From an uncultured Candidatus Saccharibacteria bacterium (GTDB taxonomy: Bacteria > Patescibacteriota > Minisyncoccia > UBA6257 > HR35): DNA of 64,000 nucleotides. The notes below the pieces were generated by a model that saw only the letters and a program-made list of their open reading frames with translations, did no database searches and was not told the DNA's origin. Shown here piece after piece: positions 49,480-57,483 of the stretch. The stretch is from positions 2,015 through 66,014 of the forward strand of contig CAZZNB010000045.1 in NCBI GenBank assembly GCA_964655375.1. The letters run 5' to 3'. The stretch's first letter is position 1; each line of letters starts with the position of its first letter. The position numbers and the translations under genes are program-made.

Positions 49480-50382
49480 TTATACTTTTTTATAGGTTTC
49501 TTTTATCTTAATAACCCTCTCTGTCTTAATTACTTCGAAAACTATATAGTATCTTTTTAATCTCTCTTCGTATCCTACATAATTTATTGATACTAAATTT
49601 TCGTTATATAAATTAGGTTCAATCTTCACCAAAAAATCTATAATTTCAGAATAATTTCTGAAACTAAAGTTATTTAGATTTCGCGAATATTCATATTTTG
49701 TACTACCTAACAAAACTCCTTTTAATCTTACTTTCCCTGTTTTTTTATACTCTACCAATCTTTCTAATGTTTGCTTGATATGAAATTCTACTCTAGCTTT
49801 AACTAACCTAGACTTCCCTATGATTTCATAAACTTTTCTGTTTTCATCTACAAAATATATTGCTTTATATTTACCTCTATTTGCAATTAATAAACAGGGA
49901 ATTTCACTATTTATTGAACTTATTTGAGATCTTGGGGGGAAGCTTAATATATGACTTACTAATTTTTGCTGATTCTCGTTCATCATTCTTATTTCCTCAT
50001 TCAACCTCTCAATGTTTATTTGCAATCTAATTTTTTCTTCGCTTAAAGATCTTATATTTTCTTCTAGGGATTTAACTTCCAAATCTCTACTTATAATATA
50101 TTGTTCAATTAAATATTCATCTTCGAATTCGTCCTTTATTCTAGCTACTGCTTCATTTATTATTTTTGCTAATTCTTCAGCAACTCTTTTATCTTCTGCT
50201 TTTACTATGTCAGGATGAATTACTGCTAATAAATAAGCTCTATGTAAATCTACAAGTCTCTTTAATAAGGCTTTATTTCTCTTCAATATTCCTATAAAGC
50301 TGGGGGTAAAGCCTAATATCTCATACGGGTTTTTACCACTTAATTTCTTTACTGTTTCAACAAGAACTATCTCCTTTTTCAT
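49480..50382 (-). CDS. Protein with divergent N-terminal J-domain, coiled coil and unknown C-domain
   Basis: NPYEILG...IHPD...INEA; SD before ATG 50382. Confidence 0.7.
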   Translation of the reverse strand: MKKEIVLVETVKKLSGKNPYEILGFTPSFIGILKRNKALLKRLVDLHRAYLLAVIHPDIVKAEDKRVAEELAKIINEAVARIKDEFEDEYLIEQYIISRDLEVKSLEENIRSLSEEKIRLQINIERLNEEIRMMNENQQKLVSHILSFPPRSQISSINSEIPCLLIANRGKYKAIYFVDENRKVYEIIGKSRLVKARVEFHIKQTLERLVEYKKTGKVRLKGVLLGSTKYEYSRNLNNFSFRNYSEIIDFLVKIEPNLYNENLVSINYVGYEERLKRYYIVFEVIKTERVIKIKETYKKV

Positions 50383-50432
50383 TTTAGTCACCTCCAAATT
50401 TTATTTTACAAATTTTTTAAAAAAAAATTAAA

Positions 50433-50451
50433 GCCCTAGCAAGGCTAGGGC
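50433..50451 (-). terminator. Intrinsic terminator-like hairpin
   Basis: GCCCTAGC/GCTAGGGC then TTTAATTTTTTTTT on minus. Confidence 0.75.
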
Positions 50452-50494
50452 CTATGTTTTTGTAGTTGATTTTCTTTTCATATATTTTCTATAC

Positions 50495-50971
50495 TTAACC
50501 TATTTGCTCTTCATAATCTAACCACATAAAAAATTCTTCTATATTAGCAAAATTTATTTCGAGATATCTTATAAATTTTAATATCTGTCTTTCGCTATCA
50601 AATCTATTAGTAATTATATAGTCTATTAATTTATAGAAGTTATATAAATCTCTATCGCATACATCCAGTATTCTTCTTACCGTATAAATTTGGCATTTTA
50701 AATATTCTGCTGCCTCTAGTATGCTATCTATTTCTTCGAAGGTATAACCATATTTTAATCTCCACTGAATTATCCAATAAATTGGTTTATTATAACGTTC
50801 CATCATATAAAGAACAGATTCCACATCTTCTCTTTTGAATTTACACTCTACCATTCTATCTATCATCCTTTTTGTAATTCTTAAATATGTACCATACCTC
50901 TGATTATATTCTTCTATTAACTTTTGATACCACTCTCTTCGTACCAGTGCTCTGCCTTTTTCTTCCCCCAC
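50495..50971 (-). CDS. Orphan hypothetical protein
   Basis: GGAGGTG SD with GTG start; own hairpin. Confidence 0.75.
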   Translation of the reverse strand: MGEEKGRALVRREWYQKLIEEYNQRYGTYLRITKRMIDRMVECKFKREDVESVLYMMERYNKPIYWIIQWRLKYGYTFEEIDSILEAAEYLKCQIYTVRRILDVCDRDLYNFYKLIDYIITNRFDSERQILKFIRYLEINFANIEEFFMWLDYEEQIG

Positions 50972-51021
50972 CTTTAGTCACCTCCTACTTAAATTTTAAA
51001 AATTTTTTAAAAAAAATTAAA

Positions 51022-51038
51022 GGCCGACAGAATCGGCC
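51022..51038 (-). terminator. Intrinsic terminator-like hairpin
   Basis: GGCCGA/TCGGCC then TTTAATTTTTTTT on minus. Confidence 0.7.
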
Positions 51039-51059
51039 CTTTTCTTAAGAAAGATAAAT

Positions 51060-51467
51060 TTATAATCTCGATAAAATAAATCTTAAGAGTGCGTAAGAAT
51101 CTCTCATATAATTTACTATTCTTTTTAACTTTTCCCTTTCTTCTTGATTTAATATTTTCTTTTCAGATAATTTTTTATATTCGTCAGAATAAAGAGAATG
51201 TTCTAATAAAAATTTAATTCTTTGCCATATTATCTTTTTTTCGCTATATTTGTTTAACTTCCACTTTTCTAAAATACCACTTATTTTTAATTCGAACATA
51301 ACATTATCATATTTATCATACATCAATTCTATATTTATCTTTTCTTTACTTCTTAATTGCTCAAATTCAAACTTAATATCTTCTATTATATCTTTAATCA
51401 ATTTTTTTAGTCTTTCATTTATTTCACTTTCAATTTCTAACAACCTTTCTGTTTGTTCCAATATCAT
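51060..51467 (-). CDS. Orphan hypothetical protein
   Basis: GGAGGTG SD before ATG 51467 (MILEQ). Confidence 0.7.
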   Translation of the reverse strand: MILEQTERLLEIESEINERLKKLIKDIIEDIKFEFEQLRSKEKINIELMYDKYDNVMFELKISGILEKWKLNKYSEKKIIWQRIKFLLEHSLYSDEYKKLSEKKILNQEEREKLKRIVNYMRDSYALLRFILSRL

Positions 51468-51514
51468 TGTCTTCACCTCCTTATTTGTGCTAATTATATT
51501 ATAAAAGCATAAAA

Positions 51515-51534
51515 GCCAGGGCAAAAACCCTGGC
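51515..51534 (-). terminator. Intrinsic terminator-like hairpin
   Basis: GCCAGGG/CCCTGGC, with T runs following on both strands. Confidence 0.75.
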
Positions 51535-51556
51535 CTTTTTTATTTTTTAGATATTC

Positions 51557-52177
51557 TCATAGCCTTTCCAGGTTCCCATCACTATATAATAATATTCCAT
51601 CATTTAAATAATATTTAGGCCCCCCATTTTTATTTGTACCCACTACTATATACACCTTAGAATTCTTCTCTAGACCATTAACTAACAATATACCTAAGGA
51701 TTTATACAACAAATCTTCAGGATTTTCAGGCTTTTTATCTTTAAATTCTATTAATGTATTCCATGCTAACTTAAATATATCTACCTGAGGTTCGTATAAA
51801 CAAAATAATATTTCTTTAGAAATATTTCTTGACTTAGCTGTGTATACTAATTCTACAATCTTTATCATCCATGCTAAAGTAACCTCTTTTAGCTTTTCTT
51901 TATATTTTTCTATTTCGCTTATAGATACTCTAATTTTCTCCGGTAATCCCGGAGGAAATATAAATACTATTTGATATCCTAATTCATGTACTCTATTGGG
52001 AGGCAATATGTTTCCTTGCTCATCGCAAGGCACCACCTCCCAATTATTAGGACCAATTATATATATTACCTTATCAAATATGATCTTCTTTCGTTCTTCT
52101 TTAGCAGGCTCCTCTGTTGGAGCCTGTTCTTCTGTTAATTTTTTGTATTCTCTAAAGAGATCCTCTAGTTGTTCCAT
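51557..52177 (-). CDS. Orphan hypothetical protein
   Basis: GGAGGTG SD before ATG 52177 (MEQLED). Confidence 0.75.
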   Translation of the reverse strand: MEQLEDLFREYKKLTEEQAPTEEPAKEERKKIIFDKVIYIIGPNNWEVVPCDEQGNILPPNRVHELGYQIVFIFPPGLPEKIRVSISEIEKYKEKLKEVTLAWMIKIVELVYTAKSRNISKEILFCLYEPQVDIFKLAWNTLIEFKDKKPENPEDLLYKSLGILLVNGLEKNSKVYIVVGTNKNGGPKYYLNDGILLYSDGNLERL

Positions 52178-52460
52178 AAAAACCACCTCCATCTAATTTT
52201 AGACTGCCAATTAAATTATAAAATAAGTTTATTTTGTCAAATAAAAATCTAATTCGCCCAAAATTTAAAATATAATCAAACATACTTTTTGTCAATTTAT
52301 ATAGCATTTGATTTTTATTTAAAAAATATTATTTAATACCTAAATAATTAAAATCTTTCTAATAAAATTGTTAATTCCTACCCCAATTATTTCTAGTAAA
52401 ACAAAAAGTACTGATTTAACTATTTAATTATTTATGTATCTTGGCTGATTTAATGTAGTA

Positions 52461-52488
52461 TTGACTTTTAAAAATTATTTAATATAAT
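52461..52488 (+). promoter_or_regulatory. Sigma70-type promoter
   Basis: TTGACT-N16-TATAAT ahead of the SD and ORF 52509. Confidence 0.65.
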
Positions 52489-52508
52489 TAACTTGGAGGT
52501 GGTCTAAA

Positions 52509-52751
52509 ATGAGAAGAAGAATGATAGATACTATTATATTAACTATAATAACAATATCACCAATAGTAGTTATACTTATAATCACAAAAACAGATCCATT
52601 TTTGGAATATATAGCAAAAGTAAACCCAGAAATTTGGATGAATATAATGGCACCTATAGGAATATTGTTTGGTATGATACTTACTTTTGCATATATCACC
52701 TTATTGTTAATATATTCTGAGTATAGGCATAGAAATACGAATAGAAGATAG
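52509..52751 (+). CDS. Small two-TM membrane protein
   Basis: Promoter, GGAGGTG SD, two hydrophobic helices, hairpin at 52813-52831. Confidence 0.7.
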   Translation: MRRRMIDTIILTIITISPIVVILIITKTDPFLEYIAKVNPEIWMNIMAPIGILFGMILTFAYITLLLIYSEYRHRNTNRR

Positions 52752-52995
52752 AAATCAATAAGACAAAATGAGAAATAAGCGGAATATATAAAAATTTTTA
52801 GAAAAAACATTAGCCCGCGATAAAAGCGGGCAATATTTTTTTATATTTTTTAATTTAAATTAATAAAAGAAATAAATATCTTTTCCAAACAAGCCAATCT
52901 TATTTACCGCATTCAATATTCCTATATTTTGATGATGAAAATGTTTATAGAATAGACTAAAAATAGCTAAAAGCTCTTTAATATTTTTTACCCTA

Positions 52996-53024
52996 TTGAC
53001 TTTTTTCAAAAAAATTATTATACT
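52996..53024 (+). promoter_or_regulatory. Sigma70-type promoter
   Basis: TTGACT-N17-TATACT. Confidence 0.65.
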
Positions 53025-53044
53025 AATAACTGGAGGTGACTACA

Positions 53045-53305
53045 ATGAAAAAACACAAGATAATGTTAAATATAGCAATTAGTATAATAATGTTAAATAT
53101 ATTTCTGTTGGTATATGATACTTTCGTAAATACTAACTTTCTTCAATATATATACTATAAAGAAAATACATTAATACACACAAATATAGAAAGAACCTTG
53201 AAAATAATAAGTATACTGATGATAATAAATAGCCTTGGACTGTTTTTAATAATTTATATTCACATACGAGATAGAATAATAAAAATCATTAATAAAATCT
53301 TTTAA
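53045..53305 (+). CDS. Small two-TM membrane protein
   Basis: SD before ATG 53045; two TMs; hairpin at 53327-53355. Confidence 0.65.
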   Translation: MKKHKIMLNIAISIIMLNIFLLVYDTFVNTNFLQYIYYKENTLIHTNIERTLKIISILMIINSLGLFLIIYIHIRDRIIKIINKIF

Positions 53306-53432
53306 AAAATAAAACCAATACTAAAAGCCCCGCAGAAAATAAATAACTGCGGGGCAAAATTTTATTACAAAAATAGTATAATTGAAACAAAATATAGTCA
53401 AAAATATACGAAAAATATATATTTTTTACATC

Positions 53433-53460
53433 TTGACAAATAAAAATAAGTGATTATAAT
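53433..53460 (+). promoter_or_regulatory. Consensus sigma70 promoter of the GC-rich cassette
   Basis: TTGACA-N16-TATAAT. Confidence 0.75.
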
Positions 53461-53498
53461 TATTATTGGATACACTTAAAGTAGTATAAGACGTAAAC

Positions 53499-53553
53499 TC
53501 CCCCGGGAGGGGGTTACAGGGAGCTGAGGGACTCCCTGTAGCTCGCCCGGGGA
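53499..53553 (+). promoter_or_regulatory. Structured GC-rich 5' leader
   Basis: Outer stem CCCCGGG/CCCGGGG, inner stem TACAGGGAG/CTCCCTGTA, loop CTGAGGGA; SD AAGGAGGTG at 53560-53568. Confidence 0.7.
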
Positions 53554-53575
53554 ATAGAAAAGGAGGTGAAAGAAG

Positions 53576-53959
53576 ATGGATGAGCTGAAATTGAAACCTC
53601 ACAAACAACCCCAACCTCAACAACAACAGGAAGAGCAACAACCCCAACCTCAACCCCAACCCCCTACCAAGAAGGTCATTTTGCTTTTTGGTAGGGGGAC
53701 CGTCCAGTACGATCAGAGTAAGTACACTTTGATCGTACTGACGGGGATCCAACCCCACCCCCTGCACCAACCGGAGGAGTGGCTTGAGTTTGTCAAGTCG
53801 ATCCTCCGGGCCTTCTCCATCGCGAGGGTGGAAGAAGTGGTTATCGCGGTGGAGAGGGCACAGGTCCCCACGTTGATCTCTCTCACGCGGAACAATAAAA
53901 AGTTCCGCGTGGCACCCGCCGTCGTTAAGGACGGAAAGGTGTTCTACCCCGTAGTTTAA
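53576..53959 (+). CDS. GC-rich orphan gene; Q/P-rich N-terminus plus small alpha/beta domain
   Basis: Promoter, SD, 127-aa ORF and 3' hairpin; codon usage far more GC-rich than neighbours. Confidence 0.75.
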   Translation: MDELKLKPHKQPQPQQQQEEQQPQPQPQPPTKKVILLFGRGTVQYDQSKYTLIVLTGIQPHPLHQPEEWLEFVKSILRAFSIARVEEVVIAVERAQVPTLISLTRNNKKFRVAPAVVKDGKVFYPVV

Positions 53960-54038
53960 GTCCTAACTTCCCAACCCTAACCACCCCACACCGCCCCCCG
54001 GCCCGACCCTCAGGGTTTCCCGTACAGGGGGGCTATTT
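53960..54038 (+). terminator. C-rich 3' UTR with GCCCCCC/GGGGGGC stem enclosing GACCCTCAG
   Basis: Stem 53993-53999/54027-54033; GACCCTCAG at 54005-54013; CTAAC twice upstream. Confidence 0.65.
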
Positions 54039-54146
54039 AATTTTATGGAGAAATTTTTAATAGAAAAATTAAAAATTTTTAAGGACTTGACAAATTAAAA
54101 TAATTTGTTATAAAAATTATTAGCAAACTTGAAGGAGGTGCCTGAA

Positions 54147-54383
54147 ATGGAAAAATGTTTGGTCAAGAGAGAAAGAAAGAAGAAAAATAATAGAAGAGAA
54201 ATAAGAATTTTTTGTAGAAATTGTGAGGTAGAAATTTTTAGATACATAAAATATAAAGATACAGCAATTTACGATATAGAAGATTTGAGAATAGTAGGTG
54301 TTGATTTAGAAGAAGATAAAAAAATTTTAGAAATAGAATGTTGGAAATGTAAAAAAATATATAAAATTCAAGTAGAACCATAA
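54147..54383 (+). CDS. Small Zn-ribbon-like protein
   Basis: CRNC...CWKC; TTGACA-N16-TATAAA promoter (54087-54114), SD, hairpin at 54414-54433. Confidence 0.7.
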   Translation: MEKCLVKRERKKKNNRREIRIFCRNCEVEIFRYIKYKDTAIYDIEDLRIVGVDLEEDKKILEIECWKCKKIYKIQVEP

Positions 54384-55148
54384 TAAATAAAATTTTTTCA
54401 AAAATAAACACACACGCACCCTTTTGGGTGCGTTATTCATTTTTTGAAATACATTGTCTAGTCTTATGACATATAAAAATAATAATTATTATATTTATTT
54501 TTAGACAAGGAAAAATAGCTTAAATACTAAATTGTTTTACAAAATTTAAAATTTTTGCGAAAATCTGTTTAGCTAAATTTTACCTATAGAAAACTATATC
54601 TCTCTTTGAAAAACTTAGAGCTTTAGAATTGATAAATCTTATAGATTAATTTTTAAATAATAAATAAGAAAAATTTTTAATTATTCATAGATATTATGAT
54701 TGTACATATAAAAAGATTCGTTTATTAATTTAAAAGATACTATGAAAATTAAGAAATAAATTTCTTCCTAATTAATACAAATTTTGAAATTTTAATTGCC
54801 TTAAAAATAATTACATTTAATAAAAAACTCAAATATTTTAATTTGATTTTCTATATTTCTATAGAAATATAGAAATTGATATTTTTAAATTTTTTACAAA
54901 TGAAGATGCTTTATCTATTTGGAGCTTTTATTTCAATAGATTAAAAAATGTAAATTAAAAAACTACCGTTGTTTATGCGTATATCTGTTGATTATTTTGA
55001 TTAAAATAAAAGTCTTTTTTATTTGCTTTTTAAAACCTTTAGAATACTTTATAAAATTATCGAAGGAATATTTATTTTTAAGAAAATTTGAAATTATTTT
55101 TTATCATTTAAAATTTAATCAGAAAGCTAAAAGGAGGTGAAAAAGTTG

Positions 55149-55478
55149 ATGGAGGTGATGAACGAGCTATTATTAGAAGAAATTAAATTAATGTATAAAA
55201 ATTCTAAAGATGCATTAATAAAGCTTCATGATTTATTATGTAATGTTCGTTTAAGAGTTAAAGAAGTTGAGTTAAATGTAAGATTTTATGAAGAAAAGAA
55301 AACTTTTGTTATTATGCCAAAATTATCAAGCTTTGAAGAAAAAATTGATTATTTAATTAAAAACTATAATAAGCTATTTAGTAATGAAAATTTAGAAAAA
55401 GAAGATTTGGAATTTTACTTAGAATTATTAAATGAAGTTATAGAAACTTTAGAAAGGACCATAAAAAAACTCAGCTAA
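55149..55478 (+). CDS. Orphan helical protein
   Basis: AAAGGAGGTG SD; hairpin CGGAGCTGG/CCAGCTCCG at 55488-55511. Confidence 0.65.
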   Translation: MEVMNELLLEEIKLMYKNSKDALIKLHDLLCNVRLRVKEVELNVRFYEEKKTFVIMPKLSSFEEKIDYLIKNYNKLFSNENLEKEDLEFYLELLNEVIETLERTIKKLS

Positions 55479-55621
55479 AAAGTAAATCGGAGCTGGTATC
55501 ATCCAGCTCCGTTAATTATTTTCTAATTGTAAGATAGAGGAAAGAAAAAGAGAAGAAGAAAGAATAAAAGAAGAACTTTCATTATGGTATGATTATTAAA
55601 ATTTAGATTAAAGATAGAATA

Positions 55622-55644
55622 AGGGGAGGCATTTAACCTCCCCT
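55622..55644 (-). terminator. Hairpin closing the three-gene minus-strand operon
   Basis: AGGGGAGG/CCTCCCCT. Confidence 0.7.
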
Positions 55645-55678
55645 ATTATAATTTATCGCTTAATTTTCCGATATGATG

Positions 55679-55825
55679 TTACGGAGGAATATCTGGTCTA
55701 ATTGTATGCGTTCTCTGTACCGGGCAAACTCTTCTAGGGTCCCACTCAGGATGTTTATCAGGATCTATTTTGGGTGTTGGCTTAGGCTTTACTGGTGTTT
55801 TCGGCCTTGTCTTTTCTCTTTGCAT
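55679..55825 (-). CDS. 48-aa Pro-rich peptide (not in ORF track)
   Basis: MQREKTRPKTPVKPKPTPKIDPDKHPEWDPRRVCPVQRTHTIRPDIPP; GGAGGAGGTG SD; TGATG overlap with the upstream stop; hairpin follows. Confidence 0.75.
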   Translation of the reverse strand: MQREKTRPKTPVKPKPTPKIDPDKHPEWDPRRVCPVQRTHTIRPDIPP

Positions 55826-56214
55826 CACACTTCACCTCCTCCTTCAAAGAGTCTTTTGAGCCTTTTCATCTCATTTTCCTCAGTATAATTCTTATCTTTT
55901 ATAGTTAATACTTTTTTAGCTTCAAAAATCAACTCTGCTCCTACCATATTTCTATTAATATCTACATCTTCAAAGCTTGAAACTGTTAATATTGCTAACA
56001 ATAATTCTTCTCTAATCGCAATTGTTACCATTTCTTTATCTAAGGAGAAAATATTTTCTTTTTCAGAAATATTAGGTATTTCTTTTAATATTTCTTCTAT
56101 AAGCTCATACCCTTCCTCTTTCTCTATAAGTCCGTTTTGTATAGCCAACAATATTCTTGTCCATAAATATCTTACAGATGCAAAGCTAAGACTAAGCTTA
56201 ACATTTTCAAACAT
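55825..56214 (-). CDS. Orphan hypothetical protein
   Basis: SD before ATG 56214; overlaps the end of the upstream gene. Confidence 0.7.
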   Translation of the reverse strand: MFENVKLSLSFASVRYLWTRILLAIQNGLIEKEEGYELIEEILKEIPNISEKENIFSLDKEMVTIAIREELLLAILTVSSFEDVDINRNMVGAELIFEAKKVLTIKDKNYTEENEMKRLKRLFEGGGEV

Positions 56215-57061
56215 CACCCTCACCTCCCTTAAGGGTTTCCATTTTTTCTATAAAGTTCATTATATGATGTTTTGGCATTGGATTTATATTTCCATTCAGT
56301 AATACTGGAATTTCTAATCCTCCTAGCCTTTCTACTACACTTTCTCCTAATGGCAATCTATTGCATTGATTTAAATCGATTAAAACTTTTTCTCCTGTTT
56401 TTATTCCATAATCATATAACAAAAATCTTCTCCACCAAGCTATAAATATTTTCATTTCATCAGATAGTTTTGAAGGAGTATAATTTACATGTGGTTTATA
56501 TAAACCTTGATTTCTATGATATTCTTCTATTGACTTGATTAAAGATCGAGCAAATTCTATGCTTGGTTTTTCTACTATATAAGGATAGCCAATAACATCT
56601 ATTAATTCTCTGCCATATCTATAACTTAAAGTTAATAAATTTATAAATTCCTCTGCGACAGGTCTTAACAAGATATCTGCTAATGGCTTTTGTAAATAAT
56701 ATAAATCTTTAATATCATTGAAATATTCAACTATTTCTTTTATACCCCAATATCCTTTTCTTAATATATCTACAAATTCTACTTCTTTTATTTTAAAATT
56801 TGGCTGAATATAACTTTTAATCCAAAAATGAGTACTTTCTGTATCTCTATTCCTATAAAGAGAAGCTATTATTACTCTCTCATATCTTGAATTTCCTAAT
56901 ACATATATGTTTTCATAGAAATTATATATTTCAGGCACTTCCTCTATTTTTTTACCAAATTCTGTTATATACTTTCCATAATTTTCATAATATAGAGATA
57001 GACTATAGTACAATCTTTGCTCTTCAGCTATACTCAACTTATCACAGAAATGAAATAACAT
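56207..57061 (-). CDS. Orphan hypothetical protein
   Basis: SD before ATG 57061; first gene of a coupled three-gene operon. Confidence 0.75.
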   Translation of the reverse strand: MLFHFCDKLSIAEEQRLYYSLSLYYENYGKYITEFGKKIEEVPEIYNFYENIYVLGNSRYERVIIASLYRNRDTESTHFWIKSYIQPNFKIKEVEFVDILRKGYWGIKEIVEYFNDIKDLYYLQKPLADILLRPVAEEFINLLTLSYRYGRELIDVIGYPYIVEKPSIEFARSLIKSIEEYHRNQGLYKPHVNYTPSKLSDEMKIFIAWWRRFLLYDYGIKTGEKVLIDLNQCNRLPLGESVVERLGGLEIPVLLNGNINPMPKHHIMNFIEKMETLKGGEGDV

Positions 57062-57483
57062 AATTTTCACCTCCTTGAAGGTTTCTATTTATATTATAAT
57101 ATAAAGATCAGATTGTGAATTAATTTATTAAGAATTTTTAAATTATAGCATTGACTTAAAATGTATACATTTTATAATAAAAATACCGAACGCCTTGCAG
57201 AGAGATAAATATTGAAAACTACACTAAGTAGTACAAATGCCAGAACAATATATTAAAAAATATACATTATTTTTATAGTGGCTATAAGAACAACCAAATA
57301 GATCTAAGAAAATATACCTATTAAAGACCTAGATATAGACAAGAAGGATTTGGTAATAAAAATAATTTCTTATGCTTTATATGGAAAATAGCATATAATT
57401 TCAAAATCGGAATAAGATAACTTAATACTTCTGTACTTTTTATAGGCTCCATTTTTTATAATAATTTTAAATATAATTTAAAT

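Noticed and set aside
53426-53895. Minus-strand ORFs 53426-53770 and 53713-53895
   Set aside because: Promoter, SD and 3' hairpin all support the plus-strand ORF; open antisense frames are expected at high GC
55673-55888. Plus-strand 71-aa ORF
   Set aside because: No SD; antisense to the SD-led, translationally coupled 48-aa peptide
48400-57075. Integron, prophage or tmRNA-integrated element as explanation for the island
   Set aside because: No integrase or phage genes; hairpins lack attC RYYYAAC/GTTRRRY ends; genes lie on both strands; the island is 5' of ssrA and I saw no duplicated ssrA 3' end
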